The translations under genes and the position numbers were made by a program. This document shows positions 1-13,012 of a DNA stretch of 64,000 nucleotides, piece after piece (position 1 is the stretch's first letter; each line of letters starts with the position of its first letter). The notes beneath the pieces were generated by a model. The model was not told the DNA's origin, ran no database searches, and was given only the letters and a program-made list of their open reading frames with translations. This stretch comes from Cystobasidiomycetes sp. EMM_F5 (lineage: Eukaryota): assembly GCA_051047955.1 (NCBI GenBank), contig JBPGPT010000008.1, positions 62,001-126,000 of the forward strand, in the 5' to 3' direction.

Positions 1-1607
1 CGGCCGGGCGCACCGTGCATCTCGTCCGACAGGCGTTTAGACTGCCTGTCAAGTGACTTGGGCGACGGGCTGACATAAAATTTGTCCAGAACGACTGGAA
101 GCGCTTCCATCAATGTCGGCAGCGCGCCACGACCATCTGCGTTGATTCCGTGCTTCTTCGTTTGATATTCGACATAGGTGTAGTATGCGCCTCCGCTAAT
201 CGTTAACGCGATACCGAGCAGGTTGATCGTAGTGATTTTAAGATTGAACAGGATGACAGCACTATTGACGGGAATATCGTAAGCAGTCTGATCAATTCTG
301 AAGGGTATTGTACGCACAGCACGATAGTCAAAACCTGCTTGACATTGGCTGCTACGCTCATGGTCAATGCTCCCGTCTTCTTGTTTGCCTGAAGAAATAA
401 TTGCGAATCAGCCGTCGAGCCGCAGTAAGCGTGCTGGATTACTCACAGTAAAGCTGACGACGTTGAGTCCGAATGCTATTGCACCATTAATAGCCAAGGA
501 CACGACATCGGAGCGACCGAGCGTGCCATCCACGAAAATGCGCTCATGAACAGCAGCTAGCTCTCCACTCTTCCATGCGAAAAGCAGACACTGTCCGAAT
601 GCCAGGGGACTCATGCGCAGAAGAAGATCGAGCGGGTGCATCTTGAGCCTGCCAACGAGAATGCGATTCGTGGCAAGGCCTTTGATCGCAGCTAGACCGG
701 CTCCTGACAGAGTGAGGAGTAGACCGCCGGTCGTAAAGGTATAATCGCCATACCTGTATGTTTAATCGAGTCAGCATGATCGATTTCCTCTCACTAGGTC
801 GCCTACTTACGTCGCCAAGCACACTCCGAGAACAACGGGGATGAGCGACACGTACGTCTGCAGGGCATAGCGCTTCGACAGCAGGCACGCCGAAATGATA
901 ATTGTGAAGATCGGAGTAGTCGACCTGACGACTTGGTGCATGGGCACAGAAACAGCATTCAGACTGAGATTACTGACGGCGATGTTGATTGTGTATAACG
1001 AGCTGAAAGCGAGCAGTATGAGGGCTTCCCCGCTATTTAGTGGCCCACTTTGTTCGAAATAGCCACGCTGTAAACAGCTGTAAGAGCCGACGGCTGCACA
1101 CAATGAATGTATGCAGGTCAGCATCCAGGGATATGGGAACGATGCCAGTGCGTATTTATTGTAGAGCGTGAGGGACAGATTGAACAAGAAATAGATAGCG
1201 CTATTGATGCGGACTCGTGTCAGACCCCTGAAAGTAGGATGCCAGATTGAATGAATGACTCACAGCCAAGCTGAAGCAGAACTTTTGTAGCAAGCTATCC
1301 GAGAAGTGATGAGAAAAGACGCCCTCTTCGGTTTCGACAATACCGTTGGCATTTCGAAGGCAAGACCATGGGGTCGATGCCCAATATTGGTATATTGTCC
1401 ATGTTCCGGTCCAGAAGCTGCCGTTGTCTCAACCGCGCGCAAACGCACAGTCTCGCTGACAGGCGAAGTCTGTAGAGAATAGCTGTTGTCTATCGGTATG
1501 CTGACTTCGGCGGCTTTGCGTTTTGGGGAACTGGTGGTAGTATCGGTTAACGTCGGCGAGGAGACGCTCGAAGCGTAGCCAGGATCCGAAATTGGAGAAT
1601 AGGACAT
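1..1607 (-). CDS. Triose-phosphate/nucleotide-sugar transporter (TPT/DMT family), multi-exon, 3' end runs off window
   Basis: Exons translate to FNLSLTLYNKYALASFPYPWMLTCIH...INIAVSNLSLNAVSVPMHQVVRSTTP...HPLDLLLRMSPLAF...AFGLNVVSF, typical of TPT-family proteins. ATG at 1607 (MSYSPIS). Reading frame is open to base 1. Confidence 0.9.
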
Positions 1608-2467
1608 ATTGACTGCGACGGATACGAGTTCGCTCGATAGAACTGTGCGTGGGTTGTGTCTGCCGGTCAGGACAAGTATTGAATGAGCGTGGGGTGGGTC
1701 AGTGTGACATGTAGTGAAGGGCCAGCCGGGCGTGGAGATGCGAGGACGATACTGAGGCCTGTCCGGGTGTGGTACGAGGAAGTGGCTTGTAATTGCCTGG
1801 CCGTTTGAGTGTCTGTTAACGGTTTTCAACGGTCTGACAGCCGCCTCTGATGATTGTCTTGCCCCTTCGATTGTTGTGCCGGATCTGAGTTCACGTGTTT
1901 GGACCAGCCAGCTCTTCAAAGTGGAACAACGCAAGCCCAACGTCCATCGTAAATGGACAAGGCAGCTGCGTCAACGTAGCCGCACATATCACTGCTGCGG
2001 CGCCGAAAGCTGAGCCAAGGCTGGATATAGACATGCTCGGCTTCCACACTATATACGGAGGAATGTTGGGATACAGCTTCTTTACACGCGCCAACACCTT
2101 AACTTAGCTTCGTGGAAGATGTTTGGATTGCTATGCGGGCAAATCCTGACTGAATGGGGCGCACATCCGATGATCTGCAATGTCACTGCTGCTTGTGCTC
2201 CGAATTCATCACGGAATGCTGCTGTAGAGCGACCCCAACTCGCCCGAAGCATGAAATTACAGACTTAAGATCCTGATGTGTGCACCATGGGCGGGTAACG
2301 CGTTCCGACACCGAAGCCATTCGCATTGTCTTCAAAGTGAAGCTTGTGAAGCATTGAAATGGCTTGATTTGAGACACTAGTATACGATGCATAATGCTTG
2401 TGAATAATGGTTATCAACAAAGTGCTAAGAATTGCTCATGAAAATAGACCACGGATACCTTGCCTGC

Positions 2468-5400
2468 TTACCGGATTGCAAAACTGAAAATAAGGCCAGT
2501 CGCGCAAATACAGGATACTACAGCAAAACCTATGTAATAGCCCTGCATTGTCATGACGAGTTGACATCAGCTTTTACGAAAGCCCTCAGTACTACGCGCA
2601 TACTCACTTCCGGCGAGTCTGCAATACTGCGGGACCATATTATACCGCCACTGAGAGGCCCCACAAACCGAGCGAGAGATACAGTAGATTGCGCCAATCC
2701 GTTCGCGAGCGGCACATAGTCTGGATGCGTCATGGCATTGACAAGTATCTACGAACGAATTTGTCAGATCGACTCCACCAGAGAAATCTCGTAATGTCTG
2801 TTTCTTACCATAATAGCGGTGTAGGCACAGCTGCTCATGGAAGTCAGTAATCGAGTACGGGAGGTTTAGTTTGTGCTGAAAGCAAGCGACTCACGTGGTA
2901 GCGAGGTACCGGATAGCTGTCAGCAGTATCAGTCCAAATTGGAACGAGAATGTTGGAGTTCCGCCAGGTCCTTGCAATGGGCGAAGCTCAGGAAAGAATA
3001 TGTATGTAACCAAATAGAACACTAGGCCAAGACGGAACATCTGTAAGTGCGTCAAGGAGCCTGCCGGCAGCGATACTGCCGGATACTGCAAAACGAAGTC
3101 AATTTCGAAGAGAAGCCGACATCGCGTGTGCCTTACAAATCTGAACTGGAAGAGCATCTGGAAAATGCACATGATCGCAATGACACTTTATCACATACTT
3201 GATTCAGCGTTCTGTGGTCCCTGTGTAGAGAGTTGGCTTACTCTGCAAAATCGCTTGCTTCCAAGCCAAGACCGCCCGCTCCGGACTTCGTAACGAGGTA
3301 CGACATGAAGACTTGATCCACTATTCAGATGCATGACATCAGCAATGCGTCCGTGTGTCACCTCTTCACGATCACCTACTGATAGTACCATGTAGAGCCA
3401 GAATGGTCCATTGCGCGATCAGGCCAACCGGTAAGTCTCGCCAGATGGAGAAGGGCACGGTCTTTGCTTCTTGCATCGACTCGTCGGCGCTGATTGGCTG
3501 AATCTCCGCGCCAGGGACTGTTAAGAGCTGGTTGTTGGTTTTTGCAGGCTTGCCTTCAGGAATGGCAGCTAGGCCATTCTGCTGGGTTGCTACGCTGTGT
3601 GACTGGCGAGGTAGATCAAAATACTGCTGTTGTCCAGATACGTTTGCTTTGATGGCGGGTGAAGTGATGGGTGATCGTGCTAATCCTGTGTTGTTGTATA
3701 TTGCTGGCCGGCTCATTGTGGAGATGACCGATCCTGCGCGCCCTCGAGATACAGCGCCGTTCATCACATTCTTGAGAGGACTGACCCGTCTTCTTCCGAC
3801 AGCGGTAGATTGGCCCATTGACTGCTGGCGCGGTTTGCTAGATGCTGGAACTCCGCCGGCAGCGCTCTGAATGCCAGATTCGGCAAATGGATCATCATTG
3901 CCAGTTTGAACATTCGCGTCGTCCTCATCTTCATCGAATGGATCTTCCTCTAGATCTCCCGGCTGATACGGCAGAGCTTCGTCTCTCGTAGCAGCGGCTA
4001 TCCAAATATCTGAAATGTTGAAGACTGCTGCTTCGTCGTTGGCTAGTAATAGCCTGTCATTGCAGCATGATGATCAGTTGTGCATTTCGGACAGATTTGA
4101 TGTGCCAGACTCACCTTTGTGCTAGATTCAAAGAAGGTCCCTCGGTTACTTCACCTCCATCATAGTCGGGAGCGTATCTTGTTGAGGCAGCCATAGACAT
4201 CTTGCGATATCGTGAGAGGCCAGTATCTCTTCTATTATACCCGTATGCGCTACCTTGAGCGGGAAGCCTGAAAGAACCCCGTGACACCTGACGGTTCGAG
4301 TATCGATTCGTTGCAGTAGTGTCCAAGCGAAGAGGCGAGGTAGCTCCTACTTGCTGTGGAGTGCCGTGAAGTGCTTGCCCATTGACCGTGCCAGCATCGT
4401 TGCTGCCAAAGTATCCAGACATCTTCTTCTTCACCGTACCAGGCAGTGACGCTACAGCCTCTATAGCATGCTCCACATCCTTCTCCTCCGGCAAGCGTAT
4501 ACCGCCTTCCCGAGGTCCACCATCATACGACAAGAAGAGGCACAGCAGTGCGCCAGTGGCTGTAACGCTCGCGGCAGTAGCTGTCGGCAGCAGATATGGG
4601 AACCGCCGCAGCAGATCAGACGAGCCAAACAGATTAGGAAGGTTCTCTACTGGATGTTCGAGCCATCCTCCGATCATGGGACCGACGATACCACCCAAAG
4701 ACCAGCATAAGCCAATGACTGAGTACGCTCGCCCTTCGTTCGAGGCATCCGTGATGTCTTTGACAGCGCCACGCGCCACTCCGACAGATCCTGGACAGAC
4801 AAGACTGAGTATCAGCGGCATGCGCACTTGAGCGAGGTGCGTGCTTACCGTTGAAGGCCCCCTGAAGAAGCCGAATGAATACCATAGACGGAACATTCTG
4901 ACAGACACCGTATGCGAGCAGCATGCAGCTGTTGCCAGTTAGAGAGATGAGTAGCACTTGTCTTCGTCCGATCTTGACAGAAAGTGACGACCACACGAGG
5001 GCAGTCAGAAACTGCGAGAGAAAGAAGGATGCCGCTGCAGGCATACAATCAGATCGATGTGGCAGGATGTGCTACGATAAGCAACACTAACAAACGATAC
5101 CAGCCCACAAGCCAACGGCTGATTCGCCCCCTCCACCTGGAACACCCAGGTCTTCCAGCATAAAGAAGAGAAACGGCTGCCCAACTGATGCGGACAGAAA
5201 TTCGCCAAGCATGCTGAAAGTGACACAAGATTGGCATCTGGTGGGAGGAAGAGTAGCATTTGGGAACATACCATATTGCTAGCACAATGATAGGAATCTT
5301 CGGCAGAGGCGTTTGATATTGTGGAGTCTGTGAATGCAAAGCAGATTTAGGCGTCCATGATCTCGTATCTCAACGCCAGAAGTCAATGCTCACCTTGATG

Positions 5401-6029
5401 CCGGGGAGCATACGAGGATATTCCAGATCTTCAGGCCGCACTGGTTCTTCGCCATCGTCGATACTGCCTGGAGAAAGGTCCATATCATCGGTCGCTGCTG
5501 GACTCGACACTGCCCTCTGCTGCCATTCCTCGATCCGTCTTCCCAGCGTGCTCTGGCTGACGGATCGTCTCGCTTCGTGAGCTGTTCTCTTGAGCAAATC
5601 TCTGCCCATACGCCGTGAAGGGCTGCGGAGTCCTCCAGTGACGCCACCAGCGTCTTCAGGTGTCAGTAGGTTGGGACTCTCTGGCATTGGGACGTGGCTC
5701 GGAGCTTGATCCCGACCGCTTCTTGAGACTGGACCGCGACTAAACAGGTTGGAAAAGCCGCGTTTGCTCGTTGATGCGACCGGCGCAGCACCGCGACCGA
5801 GTGGACTGCCTGTAGATGTCGATGGCATGCGGCGCTTGAAGGACGCGGGCTGCTGTGACTGCCCTGCCAGCAGTAAACCATGAGTCCCGTCATCTTCGTC
5901 GTCCATGCTCTGATCCGGCGTCGCTGAATGCTGCCGCGCTGCTCGAATAGTCAAAAGTGGATCAGCATCATTGGCATTCGAGCTGCCAGCTGCGGGCATT
6001 CGAGGTGTGCCCGGCGTTGAGGATGCCAT
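2468..6029 (-). CDS. MFS transporter with long N-terminus and large cytoplasmic loop (multi-exon)
   Basis: TPLPKIPIIVL, WSSLSVKIGRRQVLL (motif A-like), GVARGAVKDITDASNEGRAYS, LANGLAQSTVSLARFVGPLSGG. Last exon GYYIGFAVVSCICATGLIFSFAIR* ends at 2468. Confidence 0.88.
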
Positions 6030-6217
6030 TCCAGCTCATTCATGGGCAGTATGGCATGTAGACAAGTTCAAGACAATGGTGCATGAAGTACGCCACAAAC
6101 TGAGCACAAGTCGAAATTTAGATTGACATCCTCGACCTAAAGTTGCGAAATATATGCTAGCCCATACAACGAAATGCCCATTTAGCTACCCAACAATGCT
6201 CGTACTCCTTCGCGAAT

Positions 6218-6885
6218 CTAGTATGGAGCGGCAGCAGCTTGGCAAGCGCGGAATTGGTCACTGTACGAACACCGCAACAGTGAGCAAAAAGCAGCGAAAG
6301 CTGACACAAGCAAACTCACAGGTAGTACTGGCACGGCGTCACGTCATTGTTAGTCGCACTGAGGCATTTGGCAAAGTCTTTTGCGATAGGTTCGCATGCA
6401 GAGACGCCCTGCTGCGGTGCTTGCTGGCTCGCCGCGCCATAAGCCTGGTTGTTGTAGTCTACGGGTGGAGCAGCAGCAGAAGCTTGTCCCTCAGCGGGTG
6501 CGGAAGAGCCTCCCCAGCCTAGAGCGCTCGAGAGCCCTCTTGCCAGCGTAGAGCCGATAGCCACAGAAGCTGCGTTGGCTGCAATCTGACCCATCATTCC
6601 AGGTCCCTGAGATGGCTGTTGATGTGGCACCATGTTGGTAGGCGATTGCGGAGCATGCGCTGGCGTTGTCGGCGAGCGGGCTTGAGCTGGAGGAGCGGCA
6701 CGAGCTGCAGGTGCAGGAGCTGGGGCTGTCCGAGGAGCTGGCGCAGAACGACCACGAGATTGGCGCTGCAGTTATTAGCCATCCATAGTGTAAAGATTGC
6801 ATTTTGCAGTGTTCATTGCGCGAAGCTGTCAGTTCCGATGCCAACTTCCACCTAGACGAGCTCGACAGGCCAGACTTACAGGCAT
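6218..6885 (-). CDS. MIX17: Mitochondrial intermembrane CHCH-domain protein (Mix17/Mic17/CHCHD2-like)
   Basis: Spliced MPRQSRGRSAPAP...GPGMMGQIAANAASVAIGST...CEPIAKDFAKCLSATNNDVTPCQYYLDQFRACQAAAAPY*, a twin CX9C motif. Confidence 0.9.
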
Positions 6886-7118
6886 TTTGTGCGAGTTATA
6901 GGGTTTGTGAAGTGAACGTGAAGCTTGGACTGTGCTGAAGTGTGACTATTGACGATTTAGTCGCGATCTGAAAGTCGACGCTTGCGCCGTCGTTCGGAGG
7001 TTTGCGCGTGGTGGCGAAAAAAGCAGAGAACTTTCGACGACACCACATTGCACAGCGTATGAGGTCTACGTAACTTCTTTACGACACCAAGGAGGCATTG
7101 ATTACTTTGCTACATGTC

Positions 7119-9096
7119 CTATCTCACCCATCTATACACCGATATTGCGAATGCAGGAAGAAGCACGATTGGCAGGACATAGGAAATCAAGACTGGTACC
7201 ACCTGGCTGAGAAGTAACGTCTCAAAGCGCACGTTGACACTCGGCAGTCTGTTCCGAGATATCCTTTGTATTTGAGCTTGATGCCACAGGGTTGACAAGC
7301 CGCCTCCGACCAGTTTGAGGGGAACCAGCGTAGACAGCCATTCTCCGCCGCGGATGGAGTAAGCGAGGCAGTGCACTTCCTGGTTTGTGACCGAAGAACT
7401 CGACGATGACATCAAGTCCTGTCCCTGCTCGTGACTGGACGTGCTCCGCAGAAGCCTTCCAGGGAAATCCAGATCTACAGCAGCTGCTCGTCCGATACCG
7501 ATCAAGTCGATACCCTGTGAGAGAGCTTTTTCTATACTATGTTGACTTCGGAAACCGCCAGTGCACATGATGGCCGGTGCTGCTGTGGCATGAGCTAGGG
7601 CCGCCTCTTCAGCCACGCGTTTGGCTTGAGCAGCAAAGGCAGCAAAGACGGCCTCCCTTCTTAGAGTTCTGTCCGACGGCTTCGGATGCTTGGTGACGGG
7701 TGCTATTGGATTATCATCAAGGAATGCTAGGCTCTCGTATGATCCGCCTGAAATCTGCGCTTGTCTCTCAGCAAAGGTATGATATAATGTGCACTGTATG
7801 ACCATCTTACCTCGATGAAGTCCAGATTACCGTCCTTAGTTAGCTCAGAGACATGCGTGAGGGCCTCCGCTTCCTTTGTACAGCAAAATGATAGTGTTTA
7901 TCAGTCTCCTTTCTAGACTTTATGGCTTGCGAAGCTCACGGTCAGGCCCCCTTCCTGTTTCCGCAGACAATTCAGTCGCATTCTTGCCATACCGAAGCAT
8001 TTCTCACCAAATAGTCCGCCGAATTGAGCTTTACTCCTAGGACGAATGGTCTTTGACAGCTTTGCTCTGCTCGGATAGCTCGGATGATGTCGAGGAGAAA
8101 TTTAAGACGGGCTATGGGTGATGCACCGTATGCGTCTTTACGGAGATTTGTCTGTCACGATATACAATGTAAGAGCTAATCGCAATTTATGGAATGATTT
8201 GGTACCTTTGGACTGAGAAACGATGAGATCAGATAACCATGACTATAATGGGCTGTCAGATATCGGTAGTCAGGTAATTTGACGTGCAATGCTCACCTCG
8301 CATGTATTTCCATACCACCAAATCCTGCTTTGCTCGCGAGGATTGCAGCATTTACAAACAACTCCGTAACGTGATCTATATCGCCTTGAGTCATCTCCCT
8401 AGGCGTTTGGAATACTATCTTCTCTACAAGCCATGCCAGCCAGTTCTTGGGTCGAGTATCAATCCGCACTGCACTCGGTGCAATAGGTGCCATCCAAGGC
8501 CACCGTCCTGCGCAACGTACTGACTGTCTTCCTGTATGGACGACCTGTAGGATGGAGAGGGGGTGACAGGGTTCTGAGCTGTGTATAGGTGACTTGTGCG
8601 GTGTATGCATTGCTTTTGCTAGTCTCCGCCATGGCAACAAGGTCTGTTCGGATATACAAAAAGGGAGGCGCAAATCGCCGGGTGTACCAGAGTATTGAGC
8701 GTCGACAATGACATTTCCTAGGATTTGTCATAAGCGAACCGGACAAGCTGCAAATCAGATTGGACGGCCGCACCCGTCATAATCATCCCAAAACCCGCTT
8801 CAGCCCAACGCGAGTACAGCCTCTCATGAAGGTGATTTGGCTGCCCATCCCACACAGAACACAGTCCTTCCACCATTGCAGCCTAGTCAGCAGTGAATTT
8901 GGAGTACATTTAGTCCTGAGCGTCAGTCTGCCTGTCCTGGTCGCATTCCTTTCTGGTCTGGACGGGTGTGCACCTTTACGAGACGATTCGCGACCGTGAC
9001 GGCTCTGCGCGAGGCATTCTTTCCGGACAGGCATAGCTGGTCACTGCAGTGAACGGCGGTAGTCTCCTTGCCGCCGGCGTGGTCCCCTTGAGTCAT
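7119..9096 (-). CDS. NADH:flavin oxidoreductase (old yellow enzyme-like TIM barrel) with C-terminal hydrophobic anchor
   Basis: NRLVK|AAMVEGL, LQVVHTGRQ, AGFGGMEIH...HGYLISSFLSP, IMCTGGFRS, DLIGIGRAA. C-terminal hydrophobic stretch. Confidence 0.88.
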
Positions 9097-9459
9097 TCGC
9101 AGCAGAGTCAACAGCTGCTTCGATCAAACGCAGTCAATCACGAAATGAAGTATCATTTTTGAAGCAGTTGCCTGTTGTGCCATATCTCAACCTAACACCC
9201 GCCAATGCTGTCGCGCTCCTTGTTTTCGTCCTGGGCGTCTCGGCAGCGGTCGGTTCCTGCAACGGGCAGTGACATCAGGCTGATGGGAATTCCAACTGCC
9301 CTCGTAACGTAAAGCGGTGCAACGTCATGGAGGACCCGGGGGAATGCTGCGAGTCGTGCACAGCATGACTTTGCGAGAATTCTGCTTGACTTCTTGACAT
9401 CCTGAGCATCCATCCTTCCTAAACCCTCGCCTGACTGTTGCTACCACCATCCTCGAAAC

Positions 9460-10570
9460 ATGGGTCTCCTAACGCAAGGTAGCTGACTTTCCCTTGACGA
9501 CCAGCAGACAAACAAGGCTGATGCGTTTACTTGTCGAATGCGTGCAGGACCGGGGTAAGCAGCAATCCTTGAACACAATCTCCAATCTCCATTCGCACAC
9601 TTCTCAATCGTAACAACGCGCAGAGTGCTATGCGAGCACGCGCCTTGTCAACAAGCAAAACTGTACAGTTGTGCAAAATTGGAGACAGCGCAGCACTCTG
9701 CAGCAATATGACCCTCACCGTCTAGCTTCTCATGGCAAGGGATTGAATAAGCTAACTATCTAGCACTCTACAGCGTCTTCTTTCTCGTTGCCGCATTCGT
9801 GCTGCTGGTCATTGTATCCTGCTCGGTCCCAGTCGCAAAGTGGAGCTAGTGCGTCGGCTCATAGCATCCTTCCTCTGCCTTGACATGATTATTGACTAGT
9901 CTTTCCGCAGCTTCCTTGATGCTTCTGTTGGAGGGATCAGCTTGAAACTCGGCAACTGGGGCTACTGCATCTCACAGAGTGGTCGATACACATGTACCGG
10001 ATCCCATCTTGGATACGATGCTCGTAAGTCGGTATGCATGGACATACTCTCAGTAAGGCTTATCCTCTATCGTGCTCATCCTCACTACTCTCTCTCGCAG
10101 CCGCTGCTGTCAACGTCCTCGGCAGCACCGGTGACATCTCATCGGCCGTCATTCACGGATTGACTTATGCCCTCATCCTTCACCCAATTGCCGCCGCAAT
10201 CACACTCATCGCCATCATTGTTAGTCTGACAAACAACATCGTACTCGATGTCATCGGATCCCTCGTTTCATTCTTCGCGTTCCTCGTCTGTCTCGTGGCC
10301 TTAATCATCGACAGTGTCCTCTTTGTCACTGCTCGGCACCGTATCAACGATGCTGTACCTGGGTCCCCCGCATCGCTCGGCAGCGCATTCTGGATGGTTA
10401 TTGCGGCCACTATCCTCCTCCTACTGGCGGCATTCACAGTATGCTTCGGTTCAGCGAGAGCTCGTAGGGAGAGACGTGACAGACGGGCTCTCGATACGGC
10501 ATATCCCGCCCAGAACGCTCCAGTCATGACACAGAAACGTCGCTTCTGGCAGAGAAATCAGGCGTATTGA
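9460..10570 (+). CDS. SUR7/PalI (Rim9-like) tetraspan membrane protein
   Basis: MGLLTQ|ALYSVFFLVAAFVLLVIVSCSVP, LGNWGYC...C motif, LILHPIAA, three further TM helices. Confidence 0.85.
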
Positions 10571-10982
10571 AAGCTAGTGGCTCAGTAGTAGATACGCACA
10601 ATCGGTCAACGAGGTAGTGTCTAGCTGGCCATGGCTTTTCTTACGCCCGTACTTTGACGCTATCTTTATTGTTGTGCGATGCTAGTTCCAATTCCGGCAT
10701 TCAAGTAATACTTTACAATGCATACTTTGGCGTTTGTGGCCCGCAGACGCTCGAGTGAAGTGCGAAGTGCGAGGCCTGACGTCACGCAGCGAACTTACAG
10801 CAAGAAACTTTTGCGCAAACCGTCATGGGGTAGTAATGCGCGACAACACAATCAAGTATTGCTGTGATGATGGCAATGATGGAGAAGCTGGGCCGAACGC
10901 AGTGTGGTGATTGATCACTTCGGTGTACTGCAACAACTGGTCTACAAACTACGTAACTGTACTGCTTGCGGATGGTCTACAT

Positions 10983-11539
10983 CTATGGAGTAACAGCGCA
11001 GTTTATGTGAAGTAGGGGAGCTTGGCTTCTGAAGTCAAGGATCTGGCCCTTGTAGTACTGAGTCTCATCGATAACAAGCCGGTAGTCTCCGCAGGCACCC
11101 TTAGGTGTCTTGAGGAAGGCATTAATTTTGCCTGTTTTAGGATTGACAGCTTCGCCATTAGATAGCTACGAATACTAGTCAATTCATGCACTGGAGTGTA
11201 ATGATTGTAAGGGTAGACTCACAAGGTAGGTGGACTTGCCATCCACAGAAACGAGACTGGCTGCGATCCCGTAGGTGGCTGCGTAAGTGTAGCCGTAGTT
11301 GATATTGACTGGGATGTATTCTACCCAGATTCCGCCATTACCGGTGTCTGTGGTGCTGATGGTTGTGTCTCCAGCGGGCGAAGTCACTATTTATGTCCAA
11401 ATTGTCAGAGAAGGGTTGGTGAAAGAAACGAAATATGCTCACAATAGCCGGAAGGGCCAGCATCACGCGGTACTGACTGGGTAGCGGATACACCAGCGAC
11501 GAGTGCAGCGATGGCAGCGGATGCAGCGAGGTATTTCAT
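10983..11539 (-). CDS. Small secreted protein (147 aa, 3 exons), unknown function
   Basis: Signal-peptide-like MKYLAASAAIAALVAGVSA. Introns 11387-11442 and 11166-11222 join in frame to ...GACGDYRLVIDETQYYKGQILDFRSQAPLLHINCAVTP*. Confidence 0.8.
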
Positions 11540-12119
11540 GGTGAATCTTGAGTTGCGAAGTGGGGAAATTGAGAGGACTGCTTGGGTGTTGAGATATGAT
11601 TGGAGTTTGAGTAGAGTGAGATAAAGAGACGTAAGTAGTCATGATGGTTCTGGCTTATGTATCTGTGAACATGCGCCGCCTTCTGAGCTCCAGCATCGCC
11701 CCACGCTACGAGGTACCGCCCGACCGTCAGGCACGGCGCCGAGCTGTGTCGCATGCGCATTCGAAGTCTGCACAAAGTGACTGATTTGAGCTGCTGTGCG
11801 TTTCATCATGTACATTTACACATGGCACTCAGTAGTAGACGTCATGCTGTGTGTGCGCTGACGATCAGCGACCACTTAAGGTGCGCAACGGGACGATGAA
11901 AAACAGGGTGTGCCGAGACTTGCTACAACGCGCATACGCATCAAGCACTGCGAGCCGTCCATCGTACGTCTTGCAGAGCGACAACTTCACGCGGTACTGT
12001 CAATCGGAAGCCACGAGCAATTACCACGGCCGAAGTGCTTTTCGAATATTTGGTTTATGCTGAGCGGATGGGGATGCGCAACTGGGCCTAGCTCGCCGCC
12101 TCCACTGAAGGTCCTGGTG

Positions 12120-12822
12120 TCAGTTCAGAACTGCTTGAGAGGTTGATACGCACGTGTACAGCCCGCAATGATCTTGGATATTGGAACCGTCGCTGCGATA
12201 ATTACATGCCGTGGCGTCCCTGCGACGGCCGTATGGTTGGCCCTGAGATTCCAGTCAGCACTAGCATGCGATACGTGTTGGTAAGGACTGTCGTACCACA
12301 CCACCGATTATTATTTGAGCAGCCTGATGCCGGAGTCTGACTGCGCTATTTGTTGTAGCGCACGACAAACGTTGACTGGCCAAGAGCTGATTCAGGTTTA
12401 AGCGATCAGTGACGAAAGCGCCACCAGTAGCCGCCGTTCTGAGGCTAGCAGAGTACCAGTTCTGTATATATTCCGTAAAGGCGTGTATCGGTTGCGCGTT
12501 GACATCGGAATCAGGCCTGAGCAGTTTCTCGGATCAGGACAGCAAGGTGCGGTTGAATAGCGTACACCAACCGATACACATTGCATGTATGCACAGCTGA
12601 TATGCGGGCCGTTGTGCTGTCCGACTCGCAGATCCTAAACAGATTATGATGCCCTTCGGCTCCGAAGCCCTCGCTGATCGGTTGAAGGTCAGGTTATCGA
12701 CAATGAAGACGCGATGCTGCTACTCACCCAGTCAGACCAACCTCAATGCCATATGCTATTCCATAAGAGATAGCGACAAGGGCGCCCAAGCCAATCACTG
12801 CGATCGTAACGAGTAGGCACAT
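12120..12822 (-). CDS. Putative small secreted or membrane-anchored Cys-containing protein (179 aa, 4 exons), absent from ORF track
   Basis: MCLLVTIAVIGLGALVAISYG start. Three 54-55-nt GT..AG introns (12674-12727, 12517-12571, 12243-12296) give an uninterrupted 540-nt CDS. Confidence 0.55.
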
Positions 12823-13012
12823 TGTGACAGGTGATACAACTGGGATGTACAATCGAGATGAGAAGAGTCTTCTTTCAACTTGAGGAGCAAGTCTCCTGGT
12901 CGGTCATCCGCTGACCCAGCCGCCAATGTCAGGGCATGCGTGCCGTTGTACTGAAGACTCGGTCAGACGGTGTCTACTACATTGTTGCACAGTAGTGTGC
13001 TATTACCTGTGA

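Noticed and set aside
1608..2467. Short ORFs between the TPT and MFS genes
   Set aside because: No convincing spliced model or recognisable motif.
7008..7020. GGTGGCGAA resembling a Rpn4/PACE site upstream of MIX17
   Set aside because: Single short match, none seen upstream of RPT5, so chance is likely.
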